This document shows, piece by piece, positions 1-8,742 of a stretch of DNA of 64,000 nucleotides. The stretch's first letter is position 1; the number at the start of each line of letters is the position of its first letter. Position numbers and translations under genes: made by a program. The stretch covers positions 7,350 to 71,349 of the forward strand of contig CAWFJW010000038.1 in the NCBI GenBank assembly GCA_963816305.1. Reading direction: 5' to 3'. The notes beneath the pieces were generated by a model. It made no database searches, was not told the DNA's origin, and was given only the letters and a program-made list of their open reading frames with translations. Source of the stretch: an uncultured Alphaproteobacteria bacterium. Lineage in GTDB: Bacteria > Pseudomonadota > Alphaproteobacteria > Rhizobiales > Aestuariivirgaceae.

Positions 1-162
1 AAAGCCACCGCCGTCTGGAACATCCAGATCGACCTCGAAAACGCCGGCGCCACCGTCATCGACGAACCCTGCGTGGTGGACGGCAACCTCATCACCGCCC
101 GCTTCCCCTACGACCTGCCGCGCATGATCGAGGCGCTGGCCAGGCAATTGGTGGCGACTTGA
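1..162 (+). CDS. PfpI/DJ-1 family (type 1 glutamine amidotransferase-like) protein, 3' end only
   Basis: Frame 1 reads KATAVWNIQIDLENAGATVIDEPCVVDGNLITARFPYDLPRMIEAL...*. The 'DLENAGA...VVDGNLITAR.P.DLP' tail is typical of PfpI. Truncated by the window edge. Confidence 0.8.
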   Translation, partial: KATAVWNIQIDLENAGATVIDEPCVVDGNLITARFPYDLPRMIEALARQLVAT

Positions 163-446
163 ATTAAAATCCTGAACAGTGAAAATAATCCTTGATATCG
201 TACGCTCCTTCTGCCATAAAGGCGCATTCTCCACACATGGGTTAGGATTTACAGATGATAAGCTGGATATTTCGGTATCTGACGTTGATGTTCTTTGAGC
301 GATTGTTTTCAGGCGGCAGCGCCGCACCGCGCATGGAAAGCGTCAGAAAGTTGAAAACAGGAACCGCCGCCCTTACGCAGCCATTGCCGATTGGCAAGCA
401 ATGCCGCGACCCGCCAAGGCAAATAAGGGAGGATTACTTGGAGAGC

Positions 447-1049
447 CTACTTAAATTCGTACTGGGCAATTTTGGGAGATTCCCAATACTCCGAATGACG
501 GACAGTCATAGATTCCACTATTGCTGTTAGGGCCGCAAGAAATGAGCACTCCAATGCTTCAATGGCTTCCTGCTCGAGACCATCCTTTAGGTATGTACGT
601 TTTGTCGAATATTTCTTCAAACTTGTAAGCGCATCGTATTCTACTCGTCCTGCGTTTGGAACTTTCACATGAAACAGTAGATGCCAATCGCCGGTACCCG
701 CATATCGATCATACTGAAGTTTCGAAACTCTTCTGATGGGGTTATCGCCAACACCAATTTTAATAAGGCGCTGTGAAAGTGAACCAGCAATATAAATGTG
801 CTTTGTTGCTGAAAATCTGTCGCTGAAGCCTTTTCCGATGTGGTTTGGATTGCATTGTGCACAATGTCCAGACGACCATTTCAAACGATGTTTGCCGTGA
901 ACACAAAGATTGCCGATTGCAATCGGCTTATCCTCCTTCTTTATTAGAAGCATCCAATGGGCCTGTTTCATTCCTACTGCATCATATACGTCGTGTTTGC
1001 AAAACCCCTTTTCCTTCAAAAACTGCAACTCTATTTTGGTGAGATCCAT
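447..1049 (-). CDS. GIY-YIG-like (T5orf172/MUG113) domain protein with N-terminal Cys/His cluster
   Basis: 200-aa ORF with HIYIAGS...LIKIGVGDNPIRRVSKLQ...W...AGRVE pattern. N-terminal CVHGKHRL...GHCAQC. Visibly AT-rich compared with flanks. Confidence 0.7.
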   Translation of the reverse strand: MDLTKIELQFLKEKGFCKHDVYDAVGMKQAHWMLLIKKEDKPIAIGNLCVHGKHRLKWSSGHCAQCNPNHIGKGFSDRFSATKHIYIAGSLSQRLIKIGVGDNPIRRVSKLQYDRYAGTGDWHLLFHVKVPNAGRVEYDALTSLKKYSTKRTYLKDGLEQEAIEALECSFLAALTAIVESMTVRHSEYWESPKIAQYEFK

Positions 1050-1436
1050 GGCCCACTTTCCCTAGCAAAAACGTGATGGAAAAGTAGTACCGAAGGCAAG
1101 CATTTATCAAGAACTTTAGTGGAATGAACTGCTGCCGGTTCCACGGAAACTGAGTTAAGGTGTTTTGATGGAACTGGAGATTTCATATGGAAAGAAGGGA
1201 GTATTCGCGCGAGTTCAAGCTTGAGACGGTAAATCTGGTGAGGGAACGTGGCGGTTACCCTCGCGCCATGCGGCTTCCTGAGCATAGCGGTGCAAGTAAG
1301 CGCCAGCCACATGATGATGTTGGTCAATCTCTGCACGGCGAAAGCGGCTGAAAAATTCTGACGGCATCCAATGGAACGGCGCGCAAGCATTACGCCAACG
1401 GCGCTTTGATCATGTCAGTGCCGTTTCACCATCAGG

Positions 1437-1535
1437 TTGTCGTCGTCGGATTCATTCCGACGACCCATCGCGCACCAAGTTCAAGCATTGAGTGCGCTGA
1501 ACTATGGGTCCCCGGGACAAGCCCGAGGATGACAA
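1437..1535. repeat. REP-like palindromic element (two inverted hairpin arms around a spacer)
   Basis: TTGTCGTCGTCGGATTCATTCCGACGACCCAT ... ATGGGTCCCCGGGACAAGCCCGAGGATGACAA. Each arm is a hairpin and the arms are imperfectly complementary. Resembles the common alphaproteobacterial GTCAT...GGGCTTGTCCC...CCAT repeat. Confidence 0.75.
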
Positions 1536-1583
1536 GAAAGGGTGATCTCTGGCACATATGTTTCAAACCATTGCGCCGTGGGC

Positions 1584-1895
1584 CTAAGCCACTTCCAATG
1601 TTGGTATTTTTGATACGTCGACGCTGCGCTCGGCTTTCCACAGATCATGGGCGGCCTGCATGGTGAGCCAGATGCGCGGGCCATTGCCGCAGAGCTTGCC
1701 GATGCGCACCGCCATTTGCGGTGTGACCGGCTGTTTGCACGCGAGAATGTCATAAAGCGTTTGGCGGGAAACCCCCAGCAGCTTGGCGATCTCAGTCTTG
1801 GTTTTGCCGATCGCGGGCAAAACCGTGTCGGCCAAAAGCTTTCCCGGCGGTGTTGGAGGGCGGGTCTTGCTGCGGGTGGCGGTCATGTCAGCCAT
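1584..1895 (-). CDS. higA: HigA family addiction-module antitoxin (HTH)
   Basis: PPTPPGKLL...TEIAKLLGVSRQTLYDIL...PVTPQMAVRIGKL.G.GPRIWLTMQAAHDLW. SD GAGGAG upstream. Confidence 0.85.
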   Translation of the reverse strand: MADMTATRSKTRPPTPPGKLLADTVLPAIGKTKTEIAKLLGVSRQTLYDILACKQPVTPQMAVRIGKLCGNGPRIWLTMQAAHDLWKAERSVDVSKIPTLEVA

Positions 1896-1907
1896 GGCTG
1901 TAACTCC

Positions 1908-1946
1908 TCAATGACACTGTTCGAAGTCGACGCGGGTTGCGTCATC
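1908..1946 (-). pseudogene. higB: Remnant C-terminus of a HigB (RelE/ParE-like) toxin
   Basis: Minus strand reads DDATRVDFEQCH*, resembling the HigB terminal motif (GDA.RVDFEQYH*). Its stop lies at the higA SD. An in-frame TAG precedes it, so no intact toxin ORF exists. Confidence 0.65.
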
Positions 1947-1953
1947 CTACCCC

Positions 1954-3831
1954 CTAATCACAACACCCCTTCGCCTCGGCCGACGGCACATCGAGCGCCG
2001 GATTGAAATCGAAAAATCCTGACGGCATCCAGTGGAAGGAGGCGTAGACGCAGGGCTGCACGGGCCAGTCCTCGGGGCGCGGCAGGTGGTGGTAGTTCAT
2101 GGTGTACCACACGACGACGTTCTCGCCTTCGAGCTTTCTGTCGGCTTGCGTCCAGCGCGGCAGGCCGTCGCTGCCATTATATTGGTTGGGATACTGGCCC
2201 GCCGAATAGAGCTCATCACCCCTGTATTGCGTGGCCCAGAAATGCTTGTGCATGAAGCCCGCCCGGCTGCCCACCGGTGAACCTGGCGGCAGGAAGGGCA
2301 GCGCGTTGACGCCGGGAACCAGCTTGTAGCCGACAGGCTCGCCATAGGCGTTCGTGACCTCCGGGTTGACGATTTTCCAATAGCGCGCCTGGCCCATGTC
2401 CAGAACGCGCTGGGCCTCGCCCTCTGATTGAAGGGCCGTCTCGGTGGTCAAGATGGCATTGCCATGGGGGTTGCCGGGGCCTACGGGCGCGCCTGCGAAA
2501 TTCACTTCGCGCACGGCGTTGCGCTCGCCGTCCACGGTCATGTCAAAGCGGAAGGAGAAGATATGTTGATGCACATGGGCATTGACGCCAGGCGCCACGA
2601 CCGCCCCATATTTGGGCTTGGCTCCGGGTGCGATGGCCGACGGCAACGGAATGCCGGTGGCCTTCACTTCAACACCGATGCCGCCGTCCTGATAGAAGTG
2701 CCAATAGAAGCCGTAGACATAATTGCCGATGGTGGCGAGGCTTGAAACCACGAGGCGGCGCGAGCGCTTGGTGGTGACCTCGCCCGTCACCCAGTTCGAG
2801 TATTTCCACAGGATGCCGTAATCTTCCTCATGCATGCAGATGGCGTTTGGAATGTGTTTGGCCTTGCCCATCCAATCATGAAACCACGCATCGAAATAAT
2901 GGATGTGGCCGAGGCAATCGCAACCCAGCGTGAGGCTGTCGGTGAGCTGGCCGATGCCATATTCACCCGTGTCAAAGGCATTGCGGCGAAAATTGCCGCC
3001 CATGGGATCGCCGTAGGGAACCACCATTTCAGCCAGCGAAGCGCGGTGCATGATGGGCCGCAACCGGCCCTGGTCTTCATAGCCGATCATGTGCAGGATC
3101 AGGCCATCCCGCACATGGAAGCCCACGCGGAATTGCCATTTCTGCCAGCGCACGAGGTGGCCTTCGACGGTGAAGCTCGGGCCTTCCGGCTGCGTGATGT
3201 CGAGCGGCTTCACGCCGGCGCGGGGGGTGATGCCGGTGATGGATTGGGATTCAGGCGGCAGCGGCACGGCGCCAAAATCATCAATCCTGATCACTTTGCC
3301 GCGCCTGAGATCAATGACGGGATGCAGATTGGAAATGGGCCTTGCGTAGGGGTTATCGCCATTGGCATTGCGCACGAAGCAATGGCCGTAGCCCAGCCGC
3401 TCGCCATCCTCGCCAGCGATGCCGAAGTTGCCGGCGGCCCAGGGTTCGATGCTGACCGTGCTCATGTCGGTGATGCCGCGCCGGCCACAGGCTTCGATGA
3501 AGCGGGGATCGGCCTTGGCGATTTCACCGCCTCGCACAAATTCATCCATGACGATGCGCGCCTGGGCGCCCGGCACATGACGCCAGTTCTCCAGCGCGCC
3601 CGTCGCGAGGTTCGCCATGCCATCCCAGGTCTGCCCGCTGGCTGGATCATAGCAGCATACAAAGGCGCGGCGCTGCACGGATGCCTGCCTTAGCTCAGCC
3701 TTTTCAGGCTCCTGCAAGGCGATGGTTTCAAACCACGCCTGGGGGCTGAGCCCGCCATGGGCGCGGGCGAGGTTGGCCGCCTGTTCGATTTCGCTTGAAG
3801 TGAGGGGATCAAGGGGATGCGTGTGGGGCAT
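1954..3831 (-). CDS. tynA: Copper-containing primary amine oxidase (TPQ enzyme)
   Basis: HPLDPLT N-terminus, NAFDTGEYG (base Asp), LGCDCLG, TIGNYVYG (cofactor Tyr), HQH and HHLPRPEDWP copper ligands. Confidence 0.92.
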   Translation of the reverse strand: MPHTHPLDPLTSSEIEQAANLARAHGGLSPQAWFETIALQEPEKAELRQASVQRRAFVCCYDPASGQTWDGMANLATGALENWRHVPGAQARIVMDEFVRGGEIAKADPRFIEACGRRGITDMSTVSIEPWAAGNFGIAGEDGERLGYGHCFVRNANGDNPYARPISNLHPVIDLRRGKVIRIDDFGAVPLPPESQSITGITPRAGVKPLDITQPEGPSFTVEGHLVRWQKWQFRVGFHVRDGLILHMIGYEDQGRLRPIMHRASLAEMVVPYGDPMGGNFRRNAFDTGEYGIGQLTDSLTLGCDCLGHIHYFDAWFHDWMGKAKHIPNAICMHEEDYGILWKYSNWVTGEVTTKRSRRLVVSSLATIGNYVYGFYWHFYQDGGIGVEVKATGIPLPSAIAPGAKPKYGAVVAPGVNAHVHQHIFSFRFDMTVDGERNAVREVNFAGAPVGPGNPHGNAILTTETALQSEGEAQRVLDMGQARYWKIVNPEVTNAYGEPVGYKLVPGVNALPFLPPGSPVGSRAGFMHKHFWATQYRGDELYSAGQYPNQYNGSDGLPRWTQADRKLEGENVVVWYTMNYHHLPRPEDWPVQPCVYASFHWMPSGFFDFNPALDVPSAEAKGCCD

Positions 3832-3888
3832 GGCTGAATTCGTAGACGTTGCGCCGGGCGGGAATTGCCTTGCCGGCGACGGGCCGCG

Positions 3889-4500
3889 TCAGGTTTTCGA
3901 CATTGTGTTGATTTTTTCCTGCATGGCCATGATCTGGTCCTTCATGGCCTGCAAGTCGTCTTTTGACGCGGCGGGGGCGGGATCAGCCTTCGGAGCCTGC
4001 GCGGTGAAAGGCGCTGCCCCCGGCTGGCCCATGGCGAGCGCCGCGAAGGGATTGAACAGCTTCATCGCGTCACTGAACATCGCCATGTTGCGCTTGGCGT
4101 GCTCTTCCATGTTCTTGAACGGCTCGCCGGTGAAAGCCCCCATCATCTGCTCGCGCAGCTTGTCATGCTCCTTGGTGAGGTTTTCCAGCGAGAACTCCAG
4201 ATAGCCCGGAACCAGCGTCTGCATGCTATCGCCATAATAGCGGATGAGCTGGCGCAGGAAATTGATGGGAAGCAGGTTGGTGCCCTTGTTCTCTTCCTCG
4301 AAAATAATCTGGGTCAGGACCGAGCGCGTGATGTCTTCGCTGGTCTTGGCGTCATAGACCACGAAATCCGTTCCCGCTTTCACCATGGCCGAAAGATCGT
4401 CGAGGGTCACATAGGTGCTGGTGGCGGTGTTATAAAGCCTGCGATTGGCGTATTTCTTGATGACGACCGCGTTCTTCGGCGCCGCTTTGTCTTCACTCAC
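3889..4500 (-). CDS. phaR: Polyhydroxyalkanoate synthesis repressor PhaR
   Basis: VVIKKYANRRLYNTATSTYVTLDDL...EDITRSVLTQIIFEEE. GTG start at 4500 chosen after a GGAG SD. Divergent from phaAB. Confidence 0.95.
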   Translation of the reverse strand: MSEDKAAPKNAVVIKKYANRRLYNTATSTYVTLDDLSAMVKAGTDFVVYDAKTSEDITRSVLTQIIFEEENKGTNLLPINFLRQLIRYYGDSMQTLVPGYLEFSLENLTKEHDKLREQMMGAFTGEPFKNMEEHAKRNMAMFSDAMKLFNPFAALAMGQPGAAPFTAQAPKADPAPAASKDDLQAMKDQIMAMQEKINTMSKT

Positions 4501-4539
4501 AATCCACACTCCCCGGAAAGACCGGGCTCCCTGTCCGCG

Positions 4540-4605
4540 CTGCAAAAACTTGCGCCCCGCAATGCACAATTGCAAGCGCAAAAAACTATGGCGCATTGCG
4601 GTGCC
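4540..4605. promoter_or_regulatory. Putative PhaR operator region
   Basis: TGC/GCA-rich cluster in the phaR-phaA divergent spacer (TTGCGcccCGCAA palindrome, CGCAATGCACAA, GCGCATTGCGG), similar to described alphaproteobacterial PhaR sites. Confidence 0.5.
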
Positions 4606-4654
4606 GGTGCTATGACAGGCTGAAATTAACCACCAGCCAGTCCGGAGTACCCCC

Positions 4655-5830
4655 TTGTCCCAGGATATTGTCATCGTTTCAGCCGCCCGCACCCCCGTGG
4701 GCTCATTCAACGGCGCGCTCTCCAGCGTTTCCGCCTCGTTTCTGGGAACCGTGGCGCTGAAAGCCGCCATGGAGCGGGCCAAGCTGGATCCGGCGGAGAT
4801 TGACGAGGTGATCCTGGGCCAGGTTCTGGCCGCAGGCCAGGGCCAGAACCCGGCCCGCCAGGCCTCCGTCAACGCCGGAATCCCCGTGGCCAGCCCAGCC
4901 TGGGGCATGAACCAGCTCTGCGGATCGGGCCTGCGCGCCGTGGCGCTTGGCCTGCAGCAGATCGCCAGTGGCGATGCCAGGATCGTCGCCGCCGGCGGCC
5001 AGGAATCCATGAGCAAGGCCCCCCATGTGGCACATCTCCGCGACGGCGTGAAGATGGGCGACTACCAGATGATCGATACCATGATAAGGGACGGGCTGTG
5101 GGACGCCTTCAATGGCTATCACATGGGCAACACCGCTGAAAACGTGGCCCGCCAATGGCAGATCACGAGGGAAACCCAGGATGCCTTCGCCGTCGCCTCG
5201 CAGAACAAGGCCGAAGCCGCCCAGGCCGCCGGCAAGTTCAAGGATGAAATCACGCCCGTGACCATCGCCGGCCGCAAGGGCGACGTGGTGGTTTCCGACG
5301 ATGAATACATCAAGAAGGGTGTGACCCTCGAAGGCATCGCCAAGCTCAAGCCCGCCTTCGCTAAGGATGGCAGCGTGACCGCCGCCAATGCCTCGGGCAT
5401 CAATGACGGCGCCGCAGTCCTCATTCTGATGAGCGCTGCGGAAGCGTCCAAGCGGGGCCTGACGCCCTTGGCCCGCATCGCGTCCTGGGCCAGCGTCGGG
5501 GTTGACCCGGCGATCATGGGCACTGGCCCCATTCCAGCCTCGCAAGCCGCCCTGAAAAAAGCCGGCTGGAAGGCATCCGATCTTGATTTGGTGGAAGCCA
5601 ATGAGGCCTTCGCGGCGCAAGCCTGCGCGGTGAACAAGGACATGGGCTGGAACCCCGATATCGTCAACGTGAATGGCGGCGCCATCGCGCTGGGCCATCC
5701 CATTGGCGCGTCCGGTGCGCGGGTTCTCACCACCCTGCTGCATGAAATGAAGAAGCGCAAAGCCAAGAAGGGCCTGGCCACCCTGTGCATTGGCGGCGGC
5801 ATGGGAATTGCCATGTGCGTGGAAAACTGA
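4655..5830 (+). CDS. phaA: Acetyl-CoA C-acetyltransferase (beta-ketothiolase)
   Basis: [29 protein letters not shown] and CIGGGMG thiolase motifs. Confidence 0.96.
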   Translation: MSQDIVIVSAARTPVGSFNGALSSVSASFLGTVALKAAMERAKLDPAEIDEVILGQVLAAGQGQNPARQASVNAGIPVASPAWGMNQLCGSGLRAVALGLQQIASGDARIVAAGGQESMSKAPHVAHLRDGVKMGDYQMIDTMIRDGLWDAFNGYHMGNTAENVARQWQITRETQDAFAVASQNKAEAAQAAGKFKDEITPVTIAGRKGDVVVSDDEYIKKGVTLEGIAKLKPAFAKDGSVTAANASGINDGAAVLILMSAAEASKRGLTPLARIASWASVGVDPAIMGTGPIPASQAALKKAGWKASDLDLVEANEAFAAQACAVNKDMGWNPDIVNVNGGAIALGHPIGASGARVLTTLLHEMKKRKAKKGLATLCIGGGMGIAMCVEN

Positions 5831-5840
5831 GGGGGACACC

Positions 5841-6563
5841 ATGGCAAGAACAGCAATCGTAACCGGAGGCAGCCGCGGCATCGGCGCGGCCATTTCAAAA
5901 GCCTTGGCGGCCCAGGGCTGCAAGGTCGCCGCCACCTACGCCGGCAATGATGAAGCGGCGGCCAAGTTCAAGGCGGAAACCGGTATCCCCGTCTACAAAT
6001 GGGATGTCTCCAGCGCGGAGGCATGCGCCGCCGGGCTGAAGCAGGTCGAGGCCGATCTCGGCCCCATCGAAATCCTGGTGAACAACGCCGGCATCACGCG
6101 CGACGCCATGTTCCACAAGATGACGGCGGCCCAGTGGAATGAGGTGGTGAACACCAATCTGAACTCGCTCTTCAACATGACCCAGCCCGTCTGGGGCGGC
6201 ATGCGCGACCGCAGCTTCGGGCGCGTGATTTGCATCTCATCCATCAATGGCCAGAAGGGCCAGATGGGCCAGGCCAATTATTCCGCCGCGAAAGCCGGTG
6301 AAATCGGTTTCGTCAAGGCCCTGGCCCAGGAGGGTGCGGCCAAGGGCATCACCGTGAACGCCATCTGCCCCGGTTATATCGGCACCGAAATGGTGCTCGC
6401 TGTGCCGAAGGATGTGCTGGACAAGCGCATTATTCCGCAAATTCCCGTGGGCCGCCTGGGCGAGCCGGAGGAAATCGCCCGCTGTGTTGTCTTCCTCGCC
6501 AGCGATGACGCGGGCTTCATTACGGGCTCGACCCTTTCCGCCAATGGCGGTCAATATATGTAG
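5841..6563 (+). CDS. phaB: Acetoacetyl-CoA reductase
   Basis: TGGSRGIG, NNAGITRD, SSINGQKGQMGQANYSAAK. Directly follows the thiolase. Confidence 0.96.
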   Translation: MARTAIVTGGSRGIGAAISKALAAQGCKVAATYAGNDEAAAKFKAETGIPVYKWDVSSAEACAAGLKQVEADLGPIEILVNNAGITRDAMFHKMTAAQWNEVVNTNLNSLFNMTQPVWGGMRDRSFGRVICISSINGQKGQMGQANYSAAKAGEIGFVKALAQEGAAKGITVNAICPGYIGTEMVLAVPKDVLDKRIIPQIPVGRLGEPEEIARCVVFLASDDAGFITGSTLSANGGQYM

Positions 6564-6584
6564 CCAGCGGGAACCGGGGCCGAA

Positions 6585-7190
6585 ATGAAAATCACGGCCA
6601 CTGACCTGGCTTGCGAGCGCGGCGGCAGAATCGTTTTCACGGACGTGAGTTTCGCCGTGGAAAGCGGGAGGTTCCTGGAGCTCACCGGCCCCAATGGCGC
6701 GGGCAAATCATCGCTCTTGCGCTTGATCTCGGGCCTCAGCGAGCCCCGCCACGGCCATCTCAAGCTGGCGGACGGCGACGGCGATCTCTCGCTCGCCGAA
6801 CAGGCCCATTACATCGCCCATGGCGAAGCTTCCAAGTCCGCCCTGAGTGTCACTGAAAACCTGGTATTCTGGCGCGATTTCCTCGGCGGCGGCAAGCTCG
6901 CCAGCGCCCTCGACGCCGTCAATCTCGCGTCGCTGGCGGACTACCCGGTGGCCCTTCTCTCGGAAGGCCAGAAGCGCCGCCTGGCCCTCGCCAGGCTGGC
7001 GCTGGCGAAGCGCCCCATCTGGCTGCTGGATGAGCCCAGCGTCGGCCTCGACGCCGCCTCGCAAAAATTGCTGGTCAGCCTCATGCGCCGGCACCTCAAG
7101 ACCAATGGCATCATCATCGCCGCCACCCATGTGCCCCTGGGATTGAAACCGGACCAGAGCCTGCGTTTGAGCGGAGCGCCACAGCCGTGA
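6585..7190 (+). CDS. ccmA: Heme export ABC ATPase CcmA
   Basis: GPNGAGKS Walker A, LSEGQKRRLALARL, WLLDEP. First gene of the ccm operon. Confidence 0.93.
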   Translation: MKITATDLACERGGRIVFTDVSFAVESGRFLELTGPNGAGKSSLLRLISGLSEPRHGHLKLADGDGDLSLAEQAHYIAHGEASKSALSVTENLVFWRDFLGGGKLASALDAVNLASLADYPVALLSEGQKRRLALARLALAKRPIWLLDEPSVGLDAASQKLLVSLMRRHLKTNGIIIAATHVPLGLKPDQSLRLSGAPQP

Positions 7191-7846
7191 AACCACTGAT
7201 CGCCTTGCTTCGCCGCGATCTGGTTCTGGCGGCCCGCCAGGGCGGCGGTGTTGGTACAGCGCTCGGATTCTTTTTGACCGTCTTGGTGCTGCTCCCCATC
7301 GGCATCGGCCCCGACCAGGCCACCCTGCAGCGCCTGGCGCCCGGCATCCTCTGGATCACGCTGCTGCTCGCCGTGCTGCTCTCGGCTGACCGCATCTTCC
7401 AGCAGGACTATGAGGATGGCTCCCTTGAGGTCATGGCCATGGCGGCAACCCCGTTTGAGCTCGTGGTGTTCACCAAGGCCATGGCCCATTGGCTGTCAAC
7501 CAGCCTGCCGCTCAGCTTGGCGGCTCCGCTTCTCGGCTTCCTGCTCAATCTTCACCCCGGCACGATTTGGCCCCTCATGGCGTCCATGGGCCTCGGCTCA
7601 ATCGGCCTTTCCTTCATTGCCAGCATCGGTGCTTCCTTCACCTTGAACTTGCGCCGGGGCGGCTTGCTGATTTCAATTCTGGTGCTGCCGCTCTACGTGC
7701 CGATCCTGGTGTTCGGCATATCGGCCTCCACGGGCAATCCCGAACTTGTGATGCCGTCCCTCCTCATTTTATCCGCAATTGCGCTGGCAAGTCTGGTGCT
7801 GGCCCCCATCGCCGCCGCTGCGGCGCTGCGGGCCTATCTGAAATAG
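7187..7846 (+). CDS. ccmB: Heme exporter protein CcmB
   Basis: LAPGILW...DRIFQQDYEDGSLE, LVLPLYVPILVFG. Confidence 0.93.
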   Translation: MKPLIALLRRDLVLAARQGGGVGTALGFFLTVLVLLPIGIGPDQATLQRLAPGILWITLLLAVLLSADRIFQQDYEDGSLEVMAMAATPFELVVFTKAMAHWLSTSLPLSLAAPLLGFLLNLHPGTIWPLMASMGLGSIGLSFIASIGASFTLNLRRGGLLISILVLPLYVPILVFGISASTGNPELVMPSLLILSAIALASLVLAPIAAAAALRAYLK

Positions 7847-7870
7847 GTGAAACTAATTAAAGTTGAGGCC

Positions 7871-8593
7871 ATGCAACAATTCGCCAACCCGACCCGCTTC
7901 CTGAAAATCGCCAACGCCGCCCTGCCCTATGTCTGGGCCATCACCGCCCTTTTGTTCGCCATTGGCCTCTATGGCGCGTTGTTCACAGCGCCCGCCGATT
8001 ACCAGCAGGGCGAAACCGCGCGCATCATGTTTGTGCATGTGCCCGCCGCCTGGATGGCGCTGTTCATCTACACCGTGATGGCGTTGGCCAGCGCGCTCGC
8101 CATCGTCTTCCGCCATCCGCTGGCCGACGTCGCGGCGAAAGCCGCGGCCCCCATCGGGTCCGTGTTTTGTTTTCTGGCGCTGGCCACCGGCTCCCTCTGG
8201 GGCAAGCCCATGTGGGGCGCTTGGTGGGTATGGGACGCGAGGCTCACCTCCATGTTTGTGCTGATGCTGCTTTACGTGGGCTACATCGCCATCTGGCAAG
8301 CCATTGAGGAACCAGGCCGCGCCGCCCTCATCGCGCGCGTTGTGGCGCTTGTCGGCTTCGTCAACATTCCCATCATCAAGTTTTCCGTCGATTGGTGGAA
8401 CTCACTGCACCAGCCGGCAAGCGTCTTCAGGATGGGCGGCCCCACCATTGACAAGTCAATGCTCTGGCCGCTGCTGGTCATGGGCTTCGCCTATACGTTT
8501 CTGTTTCTCGCCCTTCACCTTGTCTCCATCAGAAGCGAAATCACCGAGCGCAAGTTGCGCAACTTGCGCATTGCCGGAAGTGGAGACAGATGA
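7871..8593 (+). CDS. ccmC: Heme exporter/chaperone CcmC
   Basis: TGSLWGKPMWGAWWVWDARLTS (WWD motif) and SVDWWNSLHQ. Confidence 0.95.
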   Translation: MQQFANPTRFLKIANAALPYVWAITALLFAIGLYGALFTAPADYQQGETARIMFVHVPAAWMALFIYTVMALASALAIVFRHPLADVAAKAAAPIGSVFCFLALATGSLWGKPMWGAWWVWDARLTSMFVLMLLYVGYIAIWQAIEEPGRAALIARVVALVGFVNIPIIKFSVDWWNSLHQPASVFRMGGPTIDKSMLWPLLVMGFAYTFLFLALHLVSIRSEITERKLRNLRIAGSGDR

Positions 8594-8742
8594 TGGATTG
8601 GAATGCCGACCATGCGGGCTTCGTCGCCGCGTGCTATGCCTTGAGCTTCATTTTCATTGTTGGCTTGACGCTTCATGTGCTCAGGCGCGACCGCCGCAAC
8701 CGAAGCGCCTTGGCGTTGTTTGAGAAGACACCGAAGCAATGA
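8590..8742 (+). CDS. ccmD: Heme exporter protein CcmD (absent from the ORF track)
   Basis: MMDWNADHAGFVAACYALSFIFIVGLTLHVLRRDRRNRSALALFEKTPKQ*. One TM segment plus a basic tail, with ATGA overlaps to ccmC and ccmG. Confidence 0.85.
   Translation: MMDWNADHAGFVAACYALSFIFIVGLTLHVLRRDRRNRSALALFEKTPKQ

Noticed and set aside
163-446. ORF 255-530 and short minus-strand ORFs in the AT-rich spacer
   Set aside because: No recognisable motifs or SD, and 255-530 overlaps the GIY-YIG gene antisense. Not supportable as genes.
1031-1390. 119-aa minus-strand ORF upstream of the GIY-YIG gene (possible partner)
   Set aside because: Spans a GC transition, has no family features and no clear SD. Likely spurious.
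4501-5016. Long N-terminal extension of PhaR in the ORF track (375 aa)
   Set aside because: Overlaps phaA antisense. The real start is GTG 4500 with an SD.
4703-5935. Long antisense and alternate-frame ORFs over phaA and many other genes (e.g. 13286-14158, 46254-47405, 59104-60024)
   Set aside because: Shadow ORFs expected from high-GC codon bias opposite well-identified genes.
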